DNA of 63,056 bases, counting the filler, from Octopus bimaculoides (lineage: Eukaryota), in NCBI RefSeq assembly GCF_001194135.2. It is 5 parts of 4 records of this genome, joined end to end, with 100 filler letters (N's around TTAATTAATTAA, not from the genome) between each part and the next. Parts side by side here need not be neighbours in the genome. Positions count along the whole stretch, not along the records: positions 21,907 to 41,482 come from NC_068981.1; positions 41,583 to 57,196 come from NC_069002.1; 3 more parts are not named here. One strand, given 5' to 3'. This document shows, piece after piece, positions 35,301 through 47,136 of the stretch (the stretch's first letter is position 1; each line of letters begins with the position of its first letter). The translations under genes were made by a program, and so were the position numbers. Under the pieces are notes generated by a model that saw only the letters and a program-made list of their open reading frames with translations, had not been told where the DNA came from and ran no database searches.

Positions 35301-37050
35301 TGAGGAGGAGGAGGATGTCACTCTACCATCTTAAATGAAAAGAACACATTGAGTCATATATTTCTTGATAAACTATGTTTAACAGCAAGATAAGATTATT
35401 GAACTGACCCACAGGGCTAAAATACAACAATAATGTAGACTAGGTGGATTTGCCCATTGACAAATAAATATAATGGCTATAAAAACATGTAGCAGCTGCA
35501 ACAGAAGATGAACCATGAACCATTAACCATTCTGTTGACTCTTTGGTTCTTTGTCAACTTGGCCATCTGTTTTCTCATTTTAAGCAAAAAATATCTGTTT
35601 GTGTTTTTTCTAAGATCTTACAGGAAATTCACCAACCTCTACAACAATGTACTAAAGTTTGCCATAGTTTGAATAACATTTTTTATGTTTATTGAAGAAC
35701 GAACTCCAATTATTCTGAGGATCCTACAAAATCTTCAGCACAATGTAGTTTTGACACCATTCTAATAAATCTATTTTATTGAAGGAGAACAGCAAAATGA
35801 AAAAGCAGAAATATCGATAGTAGTCATCTCGTGCTTGTGTAGAATATAGTTAAGTGTCCAAGCTGTTCTAAGTGCATCAGTTTGCTTTTAACTGTTAATC
35901 ACTGCTGTGTTGGAAGAATGTAAACTACAGAAAATATTTAAATATTTCTGTAACGCATAAACATTTTATAGTAAGATACAGCGACTACAACGCTGGGAAG
36001 TTTTTCTAAATGTTAGTCTTTCTGGTTTTTCCTCCACCAGAAATGGCCAGCCTCTCGCTTTAATGGCATACATAACTGATTTGTATTTTTGTAAATGTCT
36101 ACATTAGACTATTATTAAAATTGACATTTTTTGAATACATTAGAACCTCCCAGGAGGACAATTTCATTGTTTCCTATTCTCAATCACAATCTACACATCT
36201 CCTTTGCAATTTCTATTGCATAACTAGAAAAAATCATGCAAGAAATTTCATTAGTAATGAGATGTTGTGAAATCCACACCGCTGAAATGTTATAATCACA
36301 ATAGATTGATTTGGAGCTGTGCAAATTTTCGTCTTTTCTATTTTTTCTCTCTTCAGATTAAATTAATTTTTATCACAAAAGAGAAATTGAACAAATAAAA
36401 TAGATTCTTTACAAAATCTTTCCTTCACTTGTTGTTGGTGTTGTTATTTTTTGTCTCCCACCCCCACCCCTTCTCTCTAACTGTGTCTCTTTCTCTCTCT
36501 CTCTCTCTCTCTCACTGCCTTTCTCTCTCTCTCTTCCTCACTGTGTCTTTTTCTCTCTCTCTTTCACTGAGTTTCTTTCTCTCTCCCCCCTCCCTCACTG
36601 CATCTCTTTCTCTCTCTCTCACTGTTTCTCTCTCTCTCACTGTGTNNNNNNNNNNNNNNNNNNNNNNNNNNNNNNNNNNNNNNNNNNNNNNNNNNNNNNN
36701 NNNNNAGATACAGGAAATAAATATGATGTGATAGTTATTAAAATATTGATTTTTTTTCCATCAGCACAAAACTCCAGATTTGTAAAGGTGAAAAGTAAGA
36801 TTATGTGATATTCATGCCTTTCTTTTGAAATAAATAATGAGGATGCATATGTCATTGCAACCCTGGGTCTTACAGACACCATTGGTGACCTTGTTTCTCT
36901 GAATTATATTTAATATAACTCTGCACACTGGAACACTTCTGTTCCAAAGATATAGTTCCAAGAAGAATTGAACTTGGTATTCTTTCATAGCCATGATCAC
37001 AGCAGCCCTATAGCTCCATATACCTTCCTGCTCCTCCTCCTTCATCATCG

Positions 37051-37084
<34 letters not shown>

Positions 37085-37095
<11 letters not shown>

Positions 37096-37270
37096 CCATC
37101 ATTTAATACCTATGTTCCATGCTGATTTGGGTTGAACAGTTTGAAAGGATATGCTGCTTTGATATGTTTCCTTTGACTGGATGCTCTTCCCAACACCAGA
37201 CTTTGGATCTGGAAATTTTTAGCAAATGTAAGCACATGGTCAAATTTCTTTTGGTAAACTGGAAGACACC
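37085..37270 (-). mobile_element. Degraded RTE-tail element
   Basis: (CAT)n then atttaatacctatgttccatgc...ggatgctcttcccaacacc. Confidence 0.65.
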
Positions 37271-37597
37271 ACCCTCTCCAGACTGGGCAACTATCTCAAA
37301 GACTCTGGACCCCTCATTGTTGAATTACTTTACTACAACTAGTTAAATTGTGGCTTCTAGTGTCAAAGGGGACATAACTCTAATTTTCTTTCTTTCATTT
37401 TTCTATTTTTTTTCACCTTCTCACTTTTTGAATTAATCTTCTTATTTTCCATGTTTTTTATTTCTCATAATTTCTCATGTATCAGCAATTTGAAGAAAAC
37501 TGCTCTTCTAGGGAGATGAGATTGGAAGAAGGGTTTAGTGCAGTATCTGGGATAAGAAACAGAGTAGGTGTGGTGAGGTATGGTGATGGAGGAAGAG

Positions 37598-38110
37598 TAT
37601 ACTCTTTTCTACTCTAGGCACAAGGCCCAAAATATTTGGTGAGGGGGCCAGTCAATTAGATCGACCCCAGTACACAACTGGTACTTAATTTATCGACCCT
37701 GAAAGGATGAAAAGCAAAGTTGACCTTGGCGGAATAATGTTTATATTCTTTTCTACTCTAGGCACAAGGCCTGAAATTTTGGGGGAGAGGGCCAGTCGAT
37801 TAGATTGACCCCAGTATACAACTGGTACTTAATTTATTGACCCTGAAAGGATGAAAGGCAAAGTTAACCTTGGTGGAATAATGTTTATATTTTTTTCTAC
37901 TCTAGGCACAAGGTCTGAAATTTTGGGGGCGGGGTGAGGGCCAGTCGATTAGATTGATCCCAGTATGCAACTGGTACTTAATTTATCAACCCCGAAAGGA
38001 CGAAAGTCAAAGCCAACTTCTGCAGAATTTGAGCTCAGAACATAAAGACAGTCAAAATATTGCTAAGCATTTCACCTGGCATGTTAACGTTTTTGCCGTC
38101 TCGCCACCTT
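37598..38110 (-). mobile_element. SINE family B with its 3' about 135 bp triplicated in tandem
   Basis: Three near-identical units tctactctaggcacaagg...gaaaggatgaaa.gcaaagtt, with only one head (38030-38110). Confidence 0.88.
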
Positions 38111-38289
38111 GGAGGAAGAGTATACTAATATATGTAATATATCAGAATAGTAGATGCCATTGTAGTGATGATTGAAGAGGAAAAGAGAGTAAACAAGGCA
38201 TCAGTAAGCCTCTTGTTGTGAAGGGTTGGTCATTGATTTTTGTAAATCATTTGTATGACTCTGTTCTAGATGTAGACTGAAATGTTTAT

Positions 38290-38534
38290 GCGGGCAGTAA
38301 TGGGAGTAGCAGCAGCAGCAGTAGAAGCAGCAGCGAAAATAACAGCACTGTCCATGATGTGGTCTCAGATGTTTATGTGTATGGAAGCAGCAACAGCATC
38401 AACAGCAGCAGTGTCCCTGATGAGGTCAAGCATGTCAATGTATGTAGTAGTGACAACAGCAGCAGCAATGTTCTACATGTGGTCAAGGATGCAGCAGCAC
38501 CAACCCACATGTAATCAACACTATGAATGTTCAT

Positions 38535-38565
<31 letters not shown>

Positions 38566-38700
38566 GTGGCGGCATCAGTAGCAGCTGTAGCAATGTCCCA
38601 TATGTAGTTTAGAATATCTGTGCATGTAGCAGCAGTAGAGGCAGCAACAGCAGTGTCCCAGATGCATGGGTTGAGGGATATGCAGAAGGTCATTGATTTC
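38290..38700. repeat. Degenerate tandem repeat of about 60 bp with (AGC)n spacers
   Basis: Recurrent agcagcag..tgtccc.gatgtggtc..g.atgt motif, about five times. Confidence 0.6.
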
Positions 38701-38949
38701 TTTGAGCTGAAGTACATGTTGACCTTGAAGTAGAGGCCTGATGTTTAGCATGTAGTTTTGGGACAGTTGGATTTGAAAGATAACCCCATTATAGCAGCAG
38801 TGATTACGGTGTCTAACACGTAGTAACTTCAGTGGTTCTACTTCTTCGTTCTGATCCCCAACTTCTAATCTGGTCAGTTGCTTCATCTAGTAATGTCCTG
38901 TTGACCTTTGTCAATATATATTGGTTTCAAATTTGAGTACATCATCATC

Positions 38950-39370
38950 ATCATCATCATCATCATCATTTAACGTCCGCTTTCCATGCTAGCATGGGTT
39001 GGACGATTTGACTGGGGACTGGTAAACCAGATGGCTACACAAGACTCCAATCTGACCTGGCAGAGTTTTCTACAGCTGGATGCCCTTCCTAATGCCAACC
39101 ACTCCGAGAGTGTAGTGGGAGCTTTTTACATGCCACCGGCATGACGGTCAGTCTGGCGGTACTGGCAACGGCCACGCTCAAATGGTGTTTTTTTTACATG
39201 CCACCTGCACAGGAGTCAGTCTAAAGTTTTGTTCACATGCCACCGGCACAAGTGCCAGTAAGACGTAGCTGGAAACGATTGCGCTCAAATAGTGCTTTTT
39301 ACGTGCCCCCAGCACGGGTTCGAGACCGCTGCTCTGGCAGTGATCCCACTCGGATGGATTCGATGCAATC
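38950..39370 (-). mobile_element. RTE-tail element
   Basis: (CAT)n then ttaacgtccgctttccatgctagcatggg... Confidence 0.85.
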
Positions 39371-39644
39371 AAGCAATCTATTTTAACTGCAAAATTACTG
39401 GCTTTGTACCAAGATTCACCATCATCTTCATCATTATGATGATGATGATGATGATGATGATCACCACCACCACCACCACCACCACCATCACCATCACCAC
39501 CATCACAACCACCACCACTGCCACCGTCGTCGTCGTTGTCGTCATCATCATCATCGTCATCATCATCGTCGTCATTATCATCACTTTCATCATCATTTAA
39601 TATCTATTTTCAATGCTTGGTTGGACAAATTAGGAGGCATTTAC

Positions 39645-39720
39645 CTTTCTCCAGGTACAGGTATCATAGTTTTAAAGCACCACCCTATATCGCTCACTGC
39701 ACTATCAACAAGACTCTTAT
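39645..39720 (-). CDS. Possible additional exon (76 nt, phase 1 to 2), KSLVDSAVSDIGWCFKTMIPVPGE
   Basis: Acceptor ctttacctgttgctag, donor AG|GTAAAT. With weaker candidates 41170-41209 (40 nt) and 36874-36898 (25 nt) it totals 141 nt and would keep frame between the two 100-nt exons. This could be coincidence; the plus strand here also looks exon-like. Confidence 0.35.
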
Positions 39721-40324
39721 CTAGCAACAGGTAAAGCTTTTCAATAGAAATAGTTGGACTTTTATTGCAGTTGAGGTATGTCTGTTGCATATTAATTGAA
39801 TAAGTTCAGCTCTTATAGTTAAGGCTGACTAAAACATCCTCAATGTCATCACATTTATCATTATCCTCTGCTTCTACCCCCTCATCACCTCCACCACCAC
39901 CACCACCAGCTCTTACCTAACACCACTAAAGTCTATAGCTATCGTTGCAAATAGCCTTTTCATCACAAATGCAACCACTATAACTATTCCTGTTTCTACA
40001 GTGACCCTCACCACCAGCTTCAGATGGACCACCACCACCGCTACCACCACAGTCACCACCTCCACCATCACCACCACCACCACCACCACCACTATCACCA
40101 CCACTGCTGNNNNNNNNNNNNNNNNNNNNNNNNNNNNNNNNNNNNNNNNNNNNNNNNNNNNNNNNNNNNNNNNNNNNNNNNNNNNNNNNNNNNNNNNNNN
40201 NNNNNNNNNNNNNNACCACCACCACCACCACCACCATCAATATTACTCCCTCTTTACCATAACTCCTCCCATTCCTTCATGCAGAATTGTTTCTTGCTAT
40301 TTTTCCTTATTGACCTGCCTTATA

Positions 40325-40565
40325 GAGGCACCATTTGAGCGTGGCCGTTGCCAGTACCGCTGGACTGGCCCACGTGCCGGTGGCACATAAAAAGCACCCA
40401 CTATACTCTCGGAGTGGTTGGCGTTAGGAAGGGCATCCAGCTGTAGAAACCCTGCCAGATCAGACTGGAGCCTAGTGCAGCCATCCGCTTCACCAGTCCC
40501 CAATCAAATCGTCCAACCTATCTAGCATGGAAAGTGGATGTTAAATGATGATGATGATGATGATG
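40325..40565 (+). mobile_element. RTE-tail element
   Basis: gcaccatttgagcgtggccgttgccagtaccgc...gttaaatgatgatgat. Confidence 0.85.
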
Positions 40566-40601
40566 ATATATATATATATATACATACACACACACACACA
40601 C

Positions 40602-40661
<60 letters not shown>

Positions 40662-41294
40662 ATGTAAGTATGTATGTATATAGTTATAGTATATTCTAGA
40701 GGGTCAGCCAGATATTAAAACTAATGTATATTGTGAAATATACCATAATCTACCATGTGCACGAATTTCATTAACATTGAGATAGCAGAACCCCCAAAAC
40801 ATTGGGGTGGCACTAATAATTTTGGCCAAGGCTGTACATCCTCTCACAAAGCTTTGGTTAGCTCAGGGATATAGTAGAAGACACTTGTCCAAGGTACCAC
40901 ATTGCAGCACTGACCCCTAAACCGTATGGTTTGGAAGTAAAGTTCTTACCACACGACCAACAGATTCTTTGAGTTTTTATCAATTACATCCATTCACAAA
41001 CTTTTTGTTGGCCTGAGGCTGTAGCAGAAGTTACTTGCAGTTGTGGTTGAACCTGAAACTATGGTGGTTGGGAAGCAGACTTATTAACCATTCAGCTTTT
41101 ACCATTACAAGCAATTCCTTTGCCCAAGAGTAATGGTTTCTTAATCTCCAATCCCCAAATTCTTTTCACCAGTTTTACAAACCTTAAAAGGGTGTTGTGT
41201 GCTGTCCTTCTATCATGGCAAAGCCATAAAATAAATAGATAAATAAATAAATAAATAAATGAATGAATAAATGCAAATAAAAAAACAAACTTAC

Positions 41295-41394
41295 CTCCAA
41301 CCGTTGAAACTTTCTCAATGAACAACTGGCATTTTCCCAACAGTTACGTTCATAAGATTTTATTTCTTCTCTCAATCGTACACCAATCGCTAAT
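41295..41394 (-). CDS. Internal coding exon (100 nt, phase 2 to 0), LAIGVRLREEIKSYERNCWENASCSLRKFQRLE
   Basis: Consensus donor GAG|GTAAGT, acceptor gtctttctttaacattcaaaag. Single open frame, phase-compatible with the 31804-31903 exon. Confidence 0.7.
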
Positions 41395-41624
41395 CTTTTG
41401 AATGTTAAAGAAAGACATTTATGTAGATGTGTGAGTATATATATATATAGCGAGACTTTCATGTGCATATGATGATGTATATNNNNNNNNNNNNNNNNNN
41501 NNNNNNNNNNNNNNNNNNNNNNNNNNTTAATTAATTAANNNNNNNNNNNNNNNNNNNNNNNNNNNNNNNNNNNNNNNNNNNNATATATATATATATATAT
41601 AAATATTCTTTTATTGTAATAATT

Positions 41625-41960
41625 GCTTCAATCATTTGACAGCGGCCATGCTGGAGTATCGCCTTTATTCGAATATTTTGACACGCAGCACCTATTCTTT
41701 GTAAGCCTAGTATTTATTCTAATGGTCCCTTTTATCGAACCGTTAAGTTATGGGTACCTAAACGCTCCAACATCGGTTGTCAACCGATGGAGTGGGGGGT
41801 TCTTTCATATGATGAGTTTCTTTGAGTTTCCGTCTACCAAATCGACTCTCGGGGCTTTGGTTAACCCGAGGCTATAGTAGAAGACACTTGCCGAAGGTGC
41901 CACACAATGGCACTGAACCCGGAAGCATGTGGTTGTGAAGCAAGCTTCTTACCACACAGC
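41625..41960 (-). mobile_element. SINE family A copy (head-only fragments also at 40835-41090 -, 58860-58930 +, 62385-62445 +; 3' half at 60440-60621 +)
   Basis: Same family motifs. Confidence 0.82.
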
Positions 41961-41964
41961 CAAT

Positions 41965-42535
41965 CCAGCCTTGATATAATGATTTTGAATAGAGAAGAGA
42001 AACTGCGTACAGCTGTGAAAATTAGCTGCTCAGCGAATGTTAACATAAAGCTGAAGATCAGTGAAAAGCAGAATACCTACACTGAGCTATTGAGAAATCT
42101 GTAATTAGTCTATCTAGATTACAAGTTCAGGGTTCATACCTGTAATTATCGGGGCTCTGGAATATGTAAAACACTGCTTAAATGCCAATCTTGAGAAGTT
42201 AGGCTTCTTAAAACCAGAAATGAGAAAGCTAGTTAGAAGACTACCGATCCAATCCATTACTGGAATTGTAAAATCTGTGAAACTTTCCAGACATTTATCA
42301 TTTAAATATAAATGAGCGTGTCTAAATATGCAAATATATGCATGAGAATACATACATCAAGCTAAACATACAAATCTGTTCATATGCATACATACATAAA
42401 AACAAAAATACCATGTTGTTGATGTTGAAATACCAATGAAGGAACCTTGGCTCTAGGTTAGAAACCGACTCTTTCTCTATTGGCATGAAATCTTGCAAAA
42501 AAAAAAGCTGAACAATGTCATACATGCATACAACG
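41965..42535 (+). mobile_element. 5'-truncated R4/Dong-type LINE 3' end (RLE domain plus 3'UTR)
   Basis: DIMILNREEKLRTAVKISCSANVNIKLKISEKQNTYTELLRNL*LVY..FIPVIIGALEYVKHCLNANLEKLGFLKPEMRKLVRRLPIQSITG. The 3'UTR is shared with copies at 59885-60400 and ends in a short catacatgcatac. Confidence 0.8.
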
Positions 42536-45345
42536 TAAGAAGAAAATCATGGATGTAATAATTGCATGATATATTTCTCAAAAAGGTGCATGCGTACAAT
42601 TTTTCAGTGTGTTTTCAGTTGAATTCAGTGAATGCAATTTGATAATGACGTAGGTTAACTTATCCGATGATAGACGAATTGCTAGGTAAACCTCCCAGAA
42701 TAGATTCTCGGGTGTCCCGTTATCAGAGTGGAGAACCGATACCAGTGAACGTTGAAGTTAGTTTGCTTTTATCGTTTGTATTTCTTCTTAGATCTCGTTT
42801 ATATCCAGTATTGATGTTGTCTATACAAAACGTTCTATCGGTAATGTGATATGCACTGTCTTGGAATAGATTAAAATGCCTTAATATTCAAATAAAATTA
42901 TCGTTATTGCAAAATTTCAAATTCAGTTTTACGTTACATTTCCTTTAATCATTGTCAAGAATTTTCTCATCTTACAATCTATGTTATCCATGCTGTACAT
43001 ATTATACATGTTGTACAATCCATGTTATCTATGTTTTAATCCATGATCTTCTGTCGTCAACATAATAATTAAAACTAGCGCAATTTACTAAAACCTTCAA
43101 CTACATAAGGCAAACATTTATTACTACAGGTGGAATATTTGAATATGATTTTTGTTGAAACAAAACATTACTTTAGACATATCGTTACAAATCCATTTCT
43201 GTTTCTGTGGGCACGTGGTTGGTTTCCAATAAATATGGAAATAGATGTTTCCTTAAGTGCATTCGCTCTTTTTCCCCCACTACTTGTACTTCTCCATATC
43301 GCCTTCTCTCTAAGTTGTTCGCGTTGATTCCTTTGTATTCTTAATAGGCCACGACCATTCCTTTCTACTATTCTGCTCTAATTTTTAGCTTTCTTCCCCA
43401 CACTGTTCGCATTAGTGTTTTTAGTAGAAGGTACAAACCCCTTTGACTTCGCAACCGCCTTATTAGATCAAACTCAACATAAGTCTTTTCGGTTGTGGAC
43501 ACTGAGAGGAATTATACATTTTACGATTTGTTCCCCTTCCGTTAAACAAAGTGATAGAACACCTATCAAACTAACCCCTTTGAGAAAGTTATATTGACGC
43601 CGTCATCAATAATCCCAGATTCCAAGTGGATGTACCTCTAGAGCTGATAAAATTGTCAAGACATTTAGCTCACGATGTACTTCTGCCTTATCTTTTGTTT
43701 TAGTTTTAAATTTTATTTTGGAAAGCTTTAATTTTTCTATCAACAGAGCCAGACAAATGTACAGTCTAACCTTTTACATTATTTAAATAGCTTGAAAGTT
43801 CAGTATGCTTGTTAATCACCGTACCCAACTAAAATACATAAATTCAACTCTGATAATTAATGTATTATACAAACTCTAGTCTTTTTACGATTAAACATTA
43901 TTCTTTCTTTGATATAACATTAATACGTCGTAAGCTTGCGGTCAAGTTTAATGTTTTATCATTTAAAATCTGAATTTCAATAGATTTTTGTCTTAATACT
44001 GGATTCATTAGAATATATTACATTGAATACATAATTTATTAGTGTTATTTTATGGCAGTAAATTAATTGTGTTGTTGTTCGATCAAATTGTTGAGCATCT
44101 TTTATTTGCACATTATAATGTATTTGCTACAGCTGCACATATATTACTTTTATTTTCCTTGTAATTAATGTATACAATGAGGTCCTCAACAAAAGCTTAC
44201 ACCTCCAGAATGTCATTTGAAATATTATAAATACATAAAACTAGAAATCATCATAGCCACCATGAAGAAAATATGTAACTTGGTTTTCGTCATTATAAAT
44301 GATTAGTCTTGTGTTCATGTAGTAGAGACATATTTCACTCCAGCTGTGCAGATAATAATGTAATGTTGATATTTGGAGTAGAATATCATACAATAAGCTA
44401 CCGAATTTCATGTTATATCTACAGAGACCAAAGTGTTTGCTTTCACAGCGTGGTTATTTCATGTTCAATATTGTCATACGTTCGATATTCCATATGATGT
44501 TTAGCATATATTTTCTGTTTCACCAGTTGGTCATAAATTCCAATTATTTTACATAAAGTAATTTTGCAGTGGTTCAACCTTTTTTTTAAAATAAGAAGCA
44601 GATTGAAATTATTAAGATATGAAATTATTAAGATCTAGAGGATTTGCTAATGATTTAAACCAGGAATCTGAGATTTTCGTAGTTTAATCCGGTTAAATGG
44701 CGAATCTTTAGTGTTGTTATTAAGACCACTGATCAGTTTGACGTTGAAACTTAAACATAGAATTAAACATGTTGAGAGATATTCCTAGAACTACACAATA
44801 TGTTCTATCGATGAATGGGCTAGACATTTCATATGATCCTTGAAATGCCTTTAGATGCTAATAATTCTTGTTTAATGATGAACGGACTGTTATCTAATAG
44901 TAAATTATGTGGACCTTGACATATTTAGATCCATTCAATTCTTTCTTAGAGTAATTTTTTATTACAACATCTAGAGGTTGACTAATTGTATTAAAATGTC
45001 TTAGTCATATTCTCAGATCTTAAATTAGTTTTGTAGACTAGTTTCTGTTTGTCACTTAATGGAAAAAATTTCAAGGATGACCATGTATTGTGTATTGTTG
45101 AAGTTCTGAATTCAAAATAGCTGCAGAGTGAGGGAATTTGATGCTGCATGTCAGAAATGATTACATTTATTTACTTGTTATTTGTATTTTGTATCAAATT
45201 TCCATAAATGATTGTATGCAATATCCGCAATTACATTTTAATCCAGTAAATGATCGGGATGATTATTATTGCCAACGTGGCAAGGCGTGGAATGTATATA
45301 TATTTCTCAAACATGTATCTAGCTTACCAACGCACACGCGCACAC

Positions 45346-45385
<40 letters not shown>

Positions 45386-46193
45386 CAAGCAGATAGATAG
45401 ATATATGACATTAAATTTCATATGTCTTATGCCAGATTTAAGTATTGAATCCAGTATAACCTTAAAGACATATTGTATTATATATGCGTGTGTGTATGCG
45501 TGAGTTTGTGTTCGCACGTATATANNNNNNNNNNNNNNNNNNNNNNNNNNNNNNNNNNNNNNNNNNNNNNNNNNNNNNNNNNNNNNNNNNNNNNNNNNNN
45601 NNNNNNNNNNNNNNNNNNNNNNNNNNNNNNNNNNNNNNNNNNNNNNNNNNNNNNNNNNNNNNNNNNNNNNNNNNNNNNNNNNNNNNNNNNNNNNNNNNNN
45701 NNNNNNNNNNNNNNNNNNNNNNNNNNNNNNNNNNNNNNNNNNNNNNNNNNNNNNNNNNNNNNNNNNNNNNNNNNNNNNNNNNNNNNNNNNNNNNNNNNNN
45801 NNNNNNNNNNNNNNNNNNNNNNNNNNNNNNNNNNNNNNNNNNNNNNNNNNNNNNNNNNNNNNNNNNNNNNNNNNNNNNNNNNNNNNNNNNNNNNNNNNNN
45901 NNNNNNNNNNNNNNNNNNNNNNNNNNNNNNNNNNNNNNNNNNNNNNNNNNNNNNNNNNNNNNNNNNNNNNNNNNNNNNNNNNNNNNNNNNNNNNNNNNNN
46001 NNNNNNNNNNNNNNNNNNNNNNNNNNNNNNNNNNNNNNNNNNNNNNNNNNNNNNNNNNNNNNNNNNNNNNNNNNNNNNNNNNNNNNNNNNNNNNNNNNNN
46101 NNNNNNNNNNNNNNNNNNNNNNNNNNNNNNNNNNNNNNNNNNNNNNNNNNNNNNNNNNNNNNNNNNNNNNNNNNNNNNNNNNNNNNNNNNNNT

Positions 46194-47099
46194 TGTACTG
46201 AGGTGTTCTGTGAACATTGATAGAAGGGAAAAATTAGGAAATTAGGATTAAGATACCTCGCACACCTTTCTTTGTGTCCACTGACCTGTATCTGTCAGTA
46301 TTGTGGGTGGCGGATTTGTTCTTTGTGGAGAGCGGTTCTTCGACTGAGTGATATTCCTGTTTGGCCAATATAATTATTACCACACACTAAGCATGTTATG
46401 GCATAGATTAGATTTTCCGAGGCACAGGTGAAATTTGATTCAATCTTAAATATTTCACCTTGCTTAAAGTGGAACTCTGAACCCTCCAAAAGGTGGGGAC
46501 AAGTACCACAGTTAGGTCGACCACATTTTTTTCACTTTTGGTTCTGTGGTTAATGGATACAGTCTTGTGCTGGTTAATATGTTTTTCCATGATTTAGGTT
46601 GCATTTTACTGTTGATAATTTTGTGTGAGCCTAAAATTCTGTTCATTGATTTATCTCTCGTGGGATGGGTAGATTTTGGATGATAACGTTAAAGACTTCG
46701 TTGTTTCTAGGGTTATGTGTGGAGATGTATGGGAGTATTTTTAAGTCTGGTTTAGGATATCGGTTGGCTACTCTTAATGTTCGTATGTATATTTCCTTAG
46801 CTCCTTTAATTCCATCATTTACTAATGATAGTGGGTAATGTCTTTTGATTAGTATTGATCTGAGTTCAAGGAGTCTTCGTTCACGAGTATAAGTGTCCGA
46901 AACTATGGTACAGATTCTTTTCGCTAGATTATAAGGTATATTAATTTTTATGTTTTTGGGGTGGCAGGAGTTGAATAATAGGTATTGTTCAGAATCTGTC
47001 GGTTTATAGAAGATGCCTGTTTCGATGTGGTTATTGACTATTTTAATTAGGATGTCAAGAAAAGGGAGTTGTTTACTGCTGTGTTCCGTTCCATGGTGA

Positions 47100-47103
<4 letters not shown>
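46194..47103 (-). mobile_element. Penelope-like element 3' part (RT C-terminus plus GIY-YIG with CxxC), frameshifted
   Basis: QFTME..LPFLDILIKIVNNHIETGIFYKPTDSEQYLLFNSCHPKNIKINIPYNLAKRICTIVS...LPYISTHNP, then NFTCASENLIYAITCLVCGNNYIGQTG..HKEQIRHPQY. Bounded by (AT)n and gaps. Confidence 0.88.

Positions 47104-47136
<33 letters not shown>

Noticed and set aside
40805-40836. Tc1-like terminal sequence (ggggtggcactaataattttggccaaggctgta)
   Set aside because: A single short end with no partner TIR or internal sequence identified.
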